Assembly: GCA_964016885.1 (NCBI GenBank)
Contig: OZ024751.1
Location: 4,588,001 to 4,652,000, forward strand
DNA: 64,000 nucleotides
Origin: Eledone cirrhosa
Taxonomy: Eukaryota
Direction: 5' to 3'
The stretch's first letter is position 1; the number at the start of each line of letters is the position of its first letter. The notes beneath the pieces are model-generated. The model had not been told where the DNA came from and did no database searches. It worked only from the letters and a program-made list of their open reading frames with translations. A program made the position numbers and the translations under genes. This document shows positions 45,620 to 59,800 of the stretch, in pieces.

Positions 45620-48063
45620 CTATATTTGGGGAGGGTTATATTGTTATAATATTGTCAGAAATAATAATAAAACACACTCACTCTTTGGTTTGGATTGGTT
45701 TTCACTTCTGTATGTTTTATATCTCCATAGTTAATTTATCTGGCAATCAATGTTTATCGTTGATTGACCAACAGTTAAAAATACAGATATAAATATATAT
45801 ATATATAGTCTATCAAAGTTCTTTCATCACACACCTGTAACATCATCAGTGGTTCTATTATGTTTCCTTCCGTTGTATTGTAATGTCTATTCCATTTTTA
45901 CTTTTGTTTATTTATTCTTGTCTCTATTTGTGCATTTGTTTGTGTGTGTTTTTTGTTTGGCGTGTCTGAGTCTGTGTGTGTTTGTATTCTATCTTGGCTC
46001 ACTAGTGTATGTTTATGTGTTGTTATTGTACTTGTGTATATTTATTTATATTTATCTTAGGTCACTATTGTGTGTTGGTGTATTGTTATTTCATTCATTT
46101 TTTTTCTGTTCAACTTCGGTTTTCTTAGTTCTGTCTCAGTTGCTTCTCTAACTTGTCTACCTGTTGAGTCATTTCTATGTTTAGATATTATTTTAATTTA
46201 TATGTTGTCTATATAAACATCATGTCTTTGTCTGGCGTGTTCATATAGTACCGAACCGTCTTTTTGTCCTTTTAGTTCACCCCAGTGTTGGTCTCTTCTC
46301 TCTCCTATGTTCCAAGCTGTCTTACCTATGTATGTCATTGTCATGTTTCTGCAAGTACCCCCTGTACACCTTATACTATAGACTACATTTCTAGTTTTAC
46401 AACTTATTTGTGGATTTATTCTATATATAACACATTTCTTATTAGTACAGTGGGTTTTCTTAAAGGTTTTGCTGATTAGGGATTTTGTGGTAGTTCCTGG
46501 CTTTTCTACCCCTTTAATCTTTAACTGGGTCTTTCTTAGGGCCTTTCTACTTAGCTAATTTCCCCCCAGGGGTAGCATCCACGAACATGACACTCTGGCA
46601 TCTCTTGTTGTCGTACCATGAAGTGGCTTTCCCTATCTTATGTTTAGTCCTATCTAAGTTATTCCATGATTTGTTCCTGTACAATGAGCAAATCCCTTTT
46701 ATGTCCGTCCATCTCTATGAGGGTCTTATATTTTTCCGTGGCTCCTTTGTACACCCTGATTCTGTCTCTTTGACTGTAGCCAGAGAACTGCATGCGATTG
46801 ATGAAGTGTTGTATGTGTCTTTCCAGTTCAGTTGGATCACACATGCAGGACACATTCTTTATCATTCTTATTGGTAAGAGTCTACGATCAGAATATTAAA
46901 CTTAGCACTATTGGATATCGCTGGGCTTTTGTGTATAAGGTATTTGGAGGCCATGGGTTCAGCATAGTGTGAGTGGAGAATTTGTTTCTTTTCGTTTATA
47001 GTGTTTAATACTGGTAGTGTCTAATACTGGTAGTCTATTGTTAGGGTGTTTGGAACAGTAGTCGATAGTTACTGTTATGCTTTGGTGTAAATTTTCTGAT
47101 TAAATTTAAACATGTGGGCCTTTAAGGTAGTTTTAATACTAGCCCCTACTGCATGTGCGATCATTTTTCTCACCTGGTTGTTGTTCTTAGGTGTCCATAT
47201 GGCTTGGGTCCATCCATTCCATCTACTTATGAGAGTCTTTTTAGCCATTGAAGTTATGATGGGGAGGGTCTACCTCTTATTAGCTGACTGGGGCAGAAAC
47301 TGTTAAGATCATAATTATTTAAGTATTCGCTGTCACATGTAAGTCTAAGTAGGAGACCCAGTTCATCTGTATCAACGTCACAGAACTCTACCTCACTCTC
47401 ACTGATTATTTCCTCACATTTTTCCACAGCAAAATCAATGTCAATTGATGGGTACAGGGATATTACATCCATGCTGATTATGCAGTTTGTTAAGTCTTCG
47501 CTGTTGTTGCAATCATTGATTCTGCTGAGGAGGTCCTCTGTGCTCTCACATACATCTGGGGACATCTTAATTATGGGGCATACAATCACAGAGAGGAAGT
47601 AGGAGATCCTGTAGTTGCTAGCCATATTGGCTCTGCATACAGGCCTTGTTGGTGGTCCTGTCACAGGGTCGTTAGTTGTTTTATGGTCTTTGCGGAGCCC
47701 ATACAAGGTGCACTGTATGAGGCTAAGTAGGCCTTCTGCAGGTTTTCTTCCAAGTTGTTGAATCTCTGGTCTGTTTTGTCTCCTAGTATATTGTTCTACT
47801 ACCTGTCTAAGTTTATTTCTAGCTATGGCAAACTGTGCTTCTGTTTGGTCACTGGTGTGTGATGAAAGAACTTTGATAGATTATATATATATATATGTTA
47901 ATATCTATATTTTTGACCGTTGGTCAATCAACAATAAACATTGATTGCCAGCTAAATTAACAATTAACTATAGGGATATAAAATATACAGAAGCAAAAAC
48001 CAATCCAAACCAAACAGTGAGTGTGTTTTATTACTATTTCTGGCAATATTATAACAATATAAC
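45620..48063 (-). mobile_element. Decayed PLE (RT + GIY-YIG) with inverted terminal segment (45635-45836 / 47854-48063) and a weak HHR at 45814-45851
   Basis: ORF 47254-47706 YGLRKDHK..PTRPVC..SMDVISLYPSI; GIY-YIG homologous to 18785-19135; minus CTGATGA-T-GTTACA ggtg TGTGAT-GAAAGAACTT. Confidence 0.85.
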
Positions 48064-48839
48064 AAATATAACAATATTTGTTTCAACACACGATTTCATA
48101 TAAAAAACGTTGCAAAATAAATTCATCACCGTTACACACACACATACACACATATATATACACATACATATATACACACACACATATATATACATATACA
48201 TATTTACATACAAACACACACACACACACACACATATAGTAGCTTTTTTAGATTATGGGACGTACCGTGTATATGTATGCATATATATATATATATGCAT
48301 ACATATTCACGGTACGTCCCATAATCTAAAAAAGCTACTATTTCAAACTTCGTGCTCATGTAATGACACTCACTGTGTTGATGTATCCAAACCTCAACAT
48401 ATTACATGAAGACAACATTTTCGAGGATATTTCAATGGTACAATAACTGTTATTAATCAGTAGAAGTAGAACATTTACAATATCTCAATTACAGCAAAAG
48501 CAAAAGAGAAAAACAATCTTTTACTGTATCAATTATATATAAAAAAGATGATTTTTTTCCCCATCATTTCTGAAATGTTTGGTATTTGTTTTCCTGGTGG
48601 CATATCTCATATTTTTCATTCACTGTATTGGCACTTCCCAACGTCGACTAAAAGAAGACGACACCATGAATTCCAGTGATTACATTCCATTATTTCCATC
48701 TGTCCAGCTACCATCATTGGTATGGCGTTCTCCTCAGTACAGTGTCTTCATTTAGGATAAGCATTCAGACCAATGCAATTTTCACCTCGTTTGTGCAGTG
48801 CAGAATAAAAATGATAAAAAAATTTAAAAGTTAAAGTTG

Positions 48840-49020
48840 AAGTCTGTCCCGAACCCGGAGGCTCACCGGGCCGGTGTTTATCCTGATTTTCTCGGCGTTA
48901 AGCGACTAAAAATACAAAACTGCTTTTCCTTGGAAAGGACGTTAGTCCATCGCAGGGTTAACTCCCAGCGAATACTGGTACTCATTTTCAGTTGAGTGTA
49001 CTGGAACAACGTGAAATGAA
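48840..49020. mobile_element. SINE core fragment (Meta/MESC-domain-like)
   Basis: GCCGGTGTTTATCC..AAGCGACT..GGACGTTAGTCCATCGCAGGGTTAACTCCCAGC..CTGGTACTCATTTT resembles recalled invertebrate SINE cores. Confidence 0.6.
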
Positions 49021-49267
49021 ATATAGCAGTAAAATATTTAGTGTTAGCACGTTAGCGAAATGAAAATCGTGAGTCGACGGCAGTACAATATCCACAGCAG
49101 TACAAAATTCACATCTGTACAGTATAGACATTAGTGAAATTGTTGTAAAATAGTGCAACACCCACGATAATAAATTATTCAAATCAATGTAATACCAGCA
49201 TCGGATCAAAATTAGTGTCTGTTTCATTTATGTCCACCACATTAGAGCGTAAGACATCTTTCTGGAA

Positions 49268-50495
49268 AACCACCATGCCACCACTGTTAACATATCTCTA
49301 TAGTTATGACAGCAGTACTATAACCTTGCTAGTACTGGTGTCACAACACAACAACCACCATGCCACCACTGTTAACATATCTCTATAGTAACGACAACAG
49401 TACTATAGCCATGCTAGTACTGGTGTCACAACACAACAATCACCATGCCATCAGTTAACATATCTCTATAGTAACGTCAGTACTATAACTACGTTAGTAC
49501 TGGTGTCACAACATAACAATCACCATGCCATTACAGTCAACACATCTCTATAGTAACGACAACAGTACTATAACCATGCTAGTACTGGTGTGACAACATA
49601 GCAACCACCATGCCACCAGTCAACATATCTCTATAGTAATGACAGTGGAATAACTACGTTAGTACTGGTGTCACAACATAATAATCACCATGCCATTACA
49701 GTCAACATATCTCTATAGTAACGACAGTACTATAGCTATGTTAGTACTGGTGTCACAACATAACAACCACCATTCCATCAGTCAACATATCTCTATAGTA
49801 ACGACAGTACAATAACTACGTTAGTACTGGTGTCATAACATAACAATCACCATGCCATTACAGTCAACATATCTCTATAGTAACGACAGTACTATAGCTA
49901 TGTTAGTACTGGTGTCACAACATAACAACCACCATTCCATCAGTCAACATATCTCTATAGTAACGACAGTACAATAACTACGTTAGTACTGGTGTCATAA
50001 CATAACAATCACCATGCCATTACAGTCAACATATCTCTATAGTAACGACAGTACTATAGCTATGTTAGTACTGGTGTCACAACATAACAACCACCATTCC
50101 ATCAGTCAACATATCTCTATAGTAACGACAGTACAATAACTATGTTAGTACTGGTGTCATAACATAACAACCACCATTCCATCAGTCAACATATCTCTAT
50201 AGTAACGACAGTACAATAACTATGTTAGTACTGGTGTCATAACATAACAATCACCATGCCATTACAGTCAACATATCTCTATAGTAACACAGTACTATAA
50301 CTATGTTAGTACTGGTGTCACAACATAACAACCACCATTCCATCAGTCAACATATCTCTATAGTAACGACAGTACAATAACTATGTTAGTACTGGTGTCA
50401 TAACATAACAATCACCATGCCATTACAGTCAACATATCTCTATAGTAACACAGTACTATAACTATGTTAGTACTGGTGTGACAACATAACAATCA
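49268..50495. repeat. Minisatellite, 80-85-bp units, alternating as a ~162-bp dimer
   Basis: CACCAT..CAACATATCTCTATAGTAACGACAGTAC..TAGTACTGGTGTCA repeated about 15 times. Confidence 0.95.
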
Positions 50496-50871
50496 ACAGC
50501 TTATACATTAAACTATATTAGAACACTATTCACATCAAATGTATTTTTTTTATCGTCATATGCAAATCAATAGAAGAACAAGAACAATGCTACTTCTGGT
50601 GAGTGACTGATGTCTGAAACATTAACACACTTTTCCTATTATTTCAAGCGTTAAATTAATATTTTCATTTCTTCATTGTACAGTATCATTTGCTTTGTTA
50701 TTTCTGTTTACGTTTTACACACTCACATTCACAAACATGCAAACACACACACATACGCGCACACAAATATAAATATATATATACATATAATGAAAAATAA
50801 ACATTTCATAGTTTTGATGTTTTGCTTGCATAAAATCTTTTCTCATAAAAAGGTGGTGTCTGTATACATAG

Positions 50872-53800
50872 TTAATAGACATGTGTCCTTAATAGACATG
50901 TCCCCAATACATATGTGTCCTCAATAGACATGTGTCCTCAATAGACATGTGTCCTCAATAGACATGTGTCCTCAATAGATATATGTCCTAAATAGACATG
51001 TGTCCTTAATAGACATGTGTCCTAAATAGACATGTGCCCTTAATAGACGTGTATCCTCACTAGACATGTGTCCCTAATAAACATGTGTCCTCAATACACA
51101 TGTCCTCAATAGACATGTGTCCTCAATAGACGTGTGTCCTCAATAGACGTATGTCCTCAATAGACATGTCCTTAATAGACATATGTCCTCAATAGAAATG
51201 TGTCCTAAATAGACATGTGTCCTCAATAGACATGTGTCCTAAATAGACATGTGGCCTCAATAGACATGTGCCTTCAATAGATATGTGTTCTCAATAGACA
51301 TGTGTCCTCAATAGACATGTGGCCTCAATAGACATGTGTCCTCAATAGACGTTTATCCTCAATAGACGTGTGTCCTTAATAGACATCTGTCCTTAATAGA
51401 GATGTGTCCTCAATAGACATGTGTCCACAATAGACATGTGGCCTCAATAGACATGTGTCCTTCATAGACATGTGTCCTCAATAGACATGTGTCCTTAATA
51501 CACAGCTGCCCTCAATAGACATGTGTCCTCAATAGACATGTGTCCTTAACAGACATGTGTCCTCAATAGACATGTGTCCTCAATAGACATGTGTCCTCAA
51601 TAGACATGTGTCCTCAATAGACATGTGTCCTTAATAGACATGTCCTTAATAGAAATGTGTTCTCAATAGACACATGTCCTCAATAGACATGTGGCCTCAA
51701 TAGACATGTGTCCTTAATACACATGTGTCCTCAATAGACATGTGTCCTTAATACGCAGCTGCCCTCAATAGACATGTGTCCGCAATAGACATCTGACCTT
51801 AATAGACATGTGTCCTCAATAGACATCTGACCTTAATAGACATGTGTCCTCAATAGACATGTGTCCTCAATAGACATGTGTCCTTAATAGACATGTGTCC
51901 TCAAAAGACATGTGTCCTTAATAGACATGTGTCCTTAATAGACATGTGTCCTCAATAGACATGTGTCCTTAATAGACATGTCCTTAATAGACATGTGTCC
52001 TTAATAGACATGTGTCCTCAATAGACATGTGTCCTCAATAGACATGTGTCCTCAATAGAGATGTGTCCTTAATAGACATGTGTCCTCAATAGACATGTGT
52101 CCTTAATAGATATGTGTCCTCAATAGACATGTGTCCTTAATAGATATATGTCCTCAATAGACATGTGTCCTCAATAGACATGTGTCCTCAATAGACATGT
52201 GGCCTCAATAGACATGTATCCTTCATAGACATGTGTCCTCAATAGACATGTGTCCTTAATACACAGCTGCCCTCAATAGACATGTGTCCTCAATATACAT
52301 GTGTCCTTAATAGACATCTGTCCTTAATAGACATGTGTCCTCAATAGACATGTGTCCTCAATAGACATGTGTCCTCAATAGACAAGTGTCCTTAATAGAC
52401 ATGTCCTTATTAGACGTGTCCTCAATAGACATGTGTCCTCAATAGACATGTTTCATTAATAGACATGTGTCTTCAATAGACATGTGTCCTTAATAGACAT
52501 GTTCTTAATAGACATGTGTCCTCAATAGACATGTGTCCTCAATAGACATGTGTTCTCAATAGACATGTGTCCTTAATAGACATGTGTGCTCACTAGACAT
52601 GTGTCCTTAATAGACATGTGTCCTTAATAGACATGTGTCCTTAATAAACATGTGTCCTCAATAGACATGTGTCCTCAATAGACATGTCCTTAATAGACAT
52701 GTGTCCTCAGTAGACATGTGGCCTCAATAGACATGTGGCTTCAATAGACATGTGACCTCAATAGACGTGTGTCCTCAATAGATATGTGTCCTTAATAGAC
52801 AGGTGTCCTTAATAGACATGTGCCCTTAATAGACATGTGTCCTAAATAGACATGTGTCCTCAATAGACATGTGGCCTCAATAGATATTTATCCTTAATAC
52901 ACAGCTGTCCTCAATAGATATATGTCCTCAATAGACATGTGTCCTTAATAGACGTGTGTCCTTAATAGACATGTGTCCTCAATAGACATGTGTCCTCAAT
53001 AGACATGTGTCCTCAATAGACATGTGTCCTTAATACACAGCTGTCCTCAATAGATATGTATCCTCAATAGACATGTGTCCTAAATAGACATGTGTCCTTA
53101 ATAGACATGTATTCTCATTAGATATGTGTCCTTAATATACATGTGTCCTCAATAGACATATTTCCTCAATAGACATGTGTCCTCAATAGAAATGTGTCCT
53201 AAATAGACAAGTGTCCTCAATAGACATGTGTCCTAAATAGACATGTGGCCTCAATAGACATGTGTCTTCAATAGACATGTGTCCTCAATAGACATGTCCT
53301 TAATAGACATGTGTCCTCAATAGACATGTGTCCTTAACAGACATGTGGCCTCAATAGACATGTGTTCTCAATAGACATGTGTCCTTAATAGACATGTGTC
53401 CTTAATAGACATGTGTCCTTAATAGACATGTGTCCTTAATAGACAGCTGCCCACAATAGACATGTGTCCTTAATAGACATGTGTCCTTAATAAACACGTG
53501 TCCTCAATAGACATGTGTCCTCAATGGACATGTGTCCTCAATAGACATGTGTCCTTAATAGAATGTCCTTAATAGACATGTGTCCTCAATAGACACGTGG
53601 CCTCAATAGACACGTGTCCTCAATAGACATGTGTCCTCAATAGACGTGTCCTTAATAGACATCTGTCCTCAATAGACATGTGTCCTCAATAGACATCTGT
53701 CCTTAATAGACATGTGTCCTCAATAGACATGTGTCCTCAATAGACATGTGTCCTTAATAGACATGTGTCCTCAATAGACATGTGTCTTCAATAGACATGT

Positions 53801-56800
53801 GTCCTCAATAGACATGTCCTCAATAGACATGTGGCCTCAATAGACATGTGTCCTTCATAGACATGTGTCCTTAATACACAGCTGTCCTCAATAGATATGT
53901 GTCCTCAATAGACATGTGTCCTCAATAGACACGTGTCCTCAATAGACACGTGTCCTCAATAGACATGTGTCCTTAATAGACATGTGTCTTTAATAGACAT
54001 GTCTGCTCAATAGACATGTGTCCTCAATAGACAGGTGTCCTTAATAGACATGCGCTCAATAGACATGTGTCCTTAATAGAACTGTGTCCTCAGTAGACAT
54101 GTCCTTAATAGACATGTGTCCTCAACAGACATGTGTCCTTAATAGACAAGTGTCCTCAATAGACATGTGTACTTAATAGACATGTGTCCTCAATAGACAT
54201 GTATCCTCAATAGATATTTCCTTAATAGACATGTGTCATCAATAGACATTTCCTTAATAGACATGTGTCATCAATAGACATGTGTCCTTAATACACAGCT
54301 GTCCTCAATAGACATGTGTCCTTAATAGACATGTGTCCTTCATAGACATGTGTCCTAAATACACAGCTGTCCTCAATAGATATGTGTCCTGAATAGACGT
54401 GTGTCTTCAATAGATATGTGTCCTCAATAGAAAGTGTCTTCAATGGACATGTGTCCTCAATAGACATGTGTCCTCAACAGACATGTGTCCTCAATAGACA
54501 GGTGTCCTTAATAGACATGTGTCTTTAATAGACATGTCTGCTTAATAGACATGTATCCTCAATAGACATGTGTCCTCAATAGACATGTGTCCTAAATAGA
54601 CATGTGTCCTTAATAGACATGTGTCCTCACTAGACATGTGTCCTTAATAGACATGTCCTTAATAGACATGTGTCCTTAATAAACATGTGTCCTCAATAGA
54701 CATGTGTCCTCAATAGACATGTCCTTAATAGACATATCCTAACTAGACATGTGTCCTCAATAGACATGTGGCCTCAATAGACATGTGGCTTCAATAGACA
54801 TGTGACCTCAATAGAGGTGTGTCCTCAATACACATATGTCCTTAATAGACAGGTGTCCTTAATAGACATGTGCCCTTAATAGACATGTGTCCTAAATAGA
54901 CATGTGTCCTCAATAGACATGTGGCCTCAATAGACATTTATCCTTAATACACAGCTGTCCTCAATAGATATGTGTCCTCAATAGACATGTGTCCTTAATA
55001 GACGTGTGTCCTCAATAGACATGTGTCCTCAATAGACATGTGTCCTCAATAGACATGTGTCCTCAATAGACACGTGTCCTCAATAGACATGTGTCCTTAA
55101 TACACAGCTGTCCTCAATAGATATGTATCCTCAATAGACATGTGTCCTTAATAGACATGTATCCTCATTAGATATGTGTCCTTAATATACATGTGTCCTC
55201 AATAGACATATTTCCTCAATAGACATATTTCCTCAATAGACATGTGTCCTCAATAGAAATGTGTCCTAAATAGACAAGTGTCCTCAATAGACATGTGTCC
55301 TAAATAGACATGTGGCCTCAATAGACATGTGTCTTCAATAGACATGTGTCCTCAATAGACATGTCCTTAATAGACATGTATCCTCAATAGACATGTGTCC
55401 TCAATAGACATGTGTCCTCAATAGACATGTGGCCTCAATAGACATGTGGCCTCAATAGACATGTGGCCTCAATAGGCGTGTATCCTCAATAGACGTGTGT
55501 CCTTAATAGACATGTCCTTCATTGACATGTGTCCTTAATAGACATGTGGCCTCAATAGACATGTGTTCTCAATAGACATGTGTCCTTAATAGACATGTGT
55601 CCTTAATAGACATGTGTCCTTAATACACAGCTGCCCACAATAGACATGTGTCCTCAATAGACATGTGTCCTTAATAGACATGTGTCCTTAATAAACACGT
55701 GTCCTCAAAAGACATGTGTCCTCAATGGACATGTGTCCTCAATAGACATGTGTCCTTAATGGAATGTCCTTAATAGACATGTGTCCTCAATAGACACGTG
55801 GCCTCAATAGACACGTGTCCTCAATAGACACGTGTCCTCAATAGACGTGTCCTTAATAGACATGTGTCCTCAATAGACATGTGTCCTCAATAGACATGTC
55901 CTCAATAGACATCTGTCCTTAATAGACATGTGTCCTCAATAGACATGTGTCCTCAATAGACATGTGTCCTAAATAGACATGTCTCCTCAATATACATGTG
56001 GCTTCAATAGACATGTGACCTCAATAGACATGTGACCTCAATAGAGGTGTGTCCTCAATAGACGTCTGTCCTCAATAGACTTGTGGCCTTAATAGACAGT
56101 TGTCCTTAATAGACATGTGCCCTTAATAGACATGTGTCCTAAATAGACATGTGTCCTCAATAGACATGTGGCCTCAATAGACATGTGTCCTTCATAGACA
56201 TGTGTCCTTAATACACAGCTGTCCTCAATAGATATGTGTCCTCAATAGACATGTGGCCTCAATAGACACGTCCTCAATAGACATGTGTCCCTAATAGACA
56301 TGTGTCCTTAATAGACATGTGTCCTTAATAGACATGTGTCCTTAATAGACATGTGTCCTTAATAGACATGTCTGCTCAATAGACATATGTCCTCAATAGA
56401 CATGTGTCCTTAATAGACATGTGTCCTCAATAGACATGTGTCCTTAATAGACAAGTGTCCTCGATAGACATGTGTCCTTCATAGACATGTGTCCTAAATA
56501 TACAGCTGTCCTCAATAGACGTGTGTCCTCAATAGACATGTGTCCTCAATAGACATGTCTGCTCAATAGACATGTGTCCTCAATAGACACGGGTCCTCAA
56601 TAGACACGTGTCCTCAATAGACATGTGTCCTTAATAGACAGGTGTCCTTAATAGACATGTGTCCTCAATAGACATGTGTCCTTAATAGACAAGTGTCCTC
56701 GATAGACATGTGTCCTTCATAGACATGTGTCCTAAATATACAGCTGTCCTCAATAGACGTGTGTCCTCAATAGACATGTGTCCTCAACAGACATGTCTGC

Positions 56801-59800
56801 TCAATAGACATGTGTCCTCAATAGACACGGGTCCTCAATAGACACGTGTCCTCAATAGACATGTGTCCTTAATAGACAGGTGTCCTTAATAGACATGTGC
56901 CCTTAATAGACATGTGTCCTTAATACACAGCTGTCCTCAATAGATATGTGTGCTCAATAGACATGTGTCCTCAATAGACATGTGGCCTCAATAGACATGT
57001 GGCTTCAATAGACATGTGACCTCAATAGACGTGTGTCCTCAATAGACATGTGTCCTTAATAGACAGGTGTCCTTAATAGACATGTGCCCTTAATAGACAT
57101 GTGTCCTAAATAGACATGTGTCCTCAATAGACATGTGGCCTCAATAGACATTTATCCTTAATACACAGCTGTCCTCAATAGATATGTGTCCTCAATAGAC
57201 ATGTGTCCTTAATAGACGTGTGTCCTCAATAGACATGTGTCCTCAATAGACATGTGTCCTCAATAGACATGTGTCCTCAATAGACACGTGTCCTCAATAG
57301 ACATGTGTCCTTAATACACAGCTGTCCTCAATAGATATGTATCCTCAATAGACACGTGGCCTCAATAGACATGTATCCTCATTAGATATGTGTCCTTAAT
57401 ATACATGTGTCCTCAATAGACATATTTCCTCAATAGACATATTTCCTCAATAGACATGTGTCCTCAATAGAAATGTGTCCTAAATAGACAAGTGTCCTCA
57501 ATAGACATGTGTCCTAAATAGACATGTGGCCTCAATAGACATGTGTCTTCAATAGACATGTGTCCTCAATAGACATGTCCTTAATAGACATGTGTCCTCA
57601 ATAGACATGTGTCCTCAATAGACATGTGTCCTCAATAGACATGTGGCCTCAATAGACATGTGGCCTCAATAGACATGTGGCCTCAATAGGCGTGTATCCT
57701 CAATAGACGTGTGTCCTTAATAGACATGTCCTTCATTGACATGTGTCCTTAATAGACATGTGGCCTCAATAGACATGTGTTCTCAATAGACATGTGTCCT
57801 TAATAGACATGTGTCCTTAATAGACATGTGTCCTTAATAGACATGTGTCCTTAATACACAGCTGCCCACAATAGACATGTGTCCTCAATAGACATGTCTC
57901 CTTAATAGACATGTGTCCTTAATAAACACCTGTCCTCAAAAGACATGTGTCCTCAATGGACATGTGTCCTCAATAGACATGTGTCCTTAATAGAATGTCC
58001 TTAATAGACATGTGTCCTCAATAGACACGTGGCCTCAATAGACACGTGTCCTCAATAGACATGTGTCCTCAATAGACGTGTCCTTAATAGACATGTGTCC
58101 TCAATAGACATGTGTCCTCAATAGACATCTGTCCTTAATAGACATGTGTCCTCCATAGACATGTGTCCTCAATAGACATGTGTCCTTAATAGACATGTGT
58201 CCTCAATAGACATGTGTCCTTAATAAACATGTGTCCTTAATAAACATGTGTCTTCAATAGACATGTCCTTAATAGACATGTCCTAAATAGACATGTGTCC
58301 TCAATATACATGTGGCTTCAATAGACATGTGTCCTCAATAGACATGTGTCCTCAACAGACATGTCTGCTCAATAGACACGTGTCCTCAATAGACATGTTT
58401 CCTCAATAGACACGTGTCCTCAATAGACATGTGTGCTCAATAGACATATGTCCTCAACAGACATGTGTCCTTAATAGACATGTGTCCTTAATAGACATGT
58501 GTCCTTAATAGACATGCGCCTTTAATAGACATGTGTCCTAAATAGACATGTGTCCTCAATAGACATGTGTCCTTCATAGACATGTGTCCTTAATACACAG
58601 CTGTCCTCAATAGATATGTGTGCTCAATAGACATGTGTCCTCAATAGACATATGTCCTTAATAAACATATGTCCTCAATAGACATGTGTCCTCAATAGAC
58701 ATGTCCTAAATAGACATGTGTCCTAAATAGACATGTGTCCTTAATAGACATGTGTCCTCAATAGAAATGTCCTAAATAGACATGTGTCCTAAATAGACAT
58801 GTGTCCTTAATAGACATGTGTCCTCAATAGACATGTGACATTAATAGAGATGTCCTCAATAGACATATGGCCACAATAGACATGTGTCCTTCATAGACAT
58901 GTGTCCACAATAGACATGTGTGCTTTATAGTCATGAGTCCTTAATAGACAAAATTCCTTAATAGACATGTGTCCTCAATAGACATGTGTCCTCAATAGAC
59001 ATGTGGCCTCAATAGACATGTGTCCTTAATAGACATGTGTCCTCAATAGACATGTGTCCTTAATAGACATGTGTCCTTAATAGACATGTGTCCTTAATAG
59101 ACATGTCTCCTCAATAGACATGTGTCCTCAATAGACATGTGTTCTTAATAGACATGTGTCCTTAATAGACATGTGTCCTTAATAGACATGTCTCCTCAAT
59201 AGACATGTGTCCTCAATCGACATGTGTCCTTAATAGACATGTGTCCTTAATAGACATGTGTCCTTAATAGACATGTGTCCTCAACAGACATGCCCTCAAT
59301 AGACATGTGTCCTTAATAGACATGTGTCCTTAATAGACATGTGTCCTTAATAGACATGTGTCCTCAATAGACATGTGTCCTCAATAGACATGTGTCCTTA
59401 ATAGACATGTGTCCTCAACAGACATGCCCTCAATAGACATGTGTCCTTAATAGACATGTGTCCTTAATAGACATGTGTCCTTAATAGACATGTGTCCTCA
59501 ATAGACATGTGTCCTTAATAGACATGTGTCCTTAATAGACATGTGTCCTTAATAGACATGTGTCCTCAATAGACATGTGTCCTCAATAGACATGTGTCCT
59601 TAATAGACGTGTCCTCAATAGACATGTGTCCTCAATAGAAATATCCTCCATAGACATGTGTCCTTCATAGACATGTGTCCTCAATAGACATATGTCCTTA
59701 ATAGACATGTTTCCTCAATAGACATGTGTCCTCGATAGACATGTATCCTCAATAGACATGTGTCCTTAATAGACATGTGTCCTTAATAGACATGTGTCCT

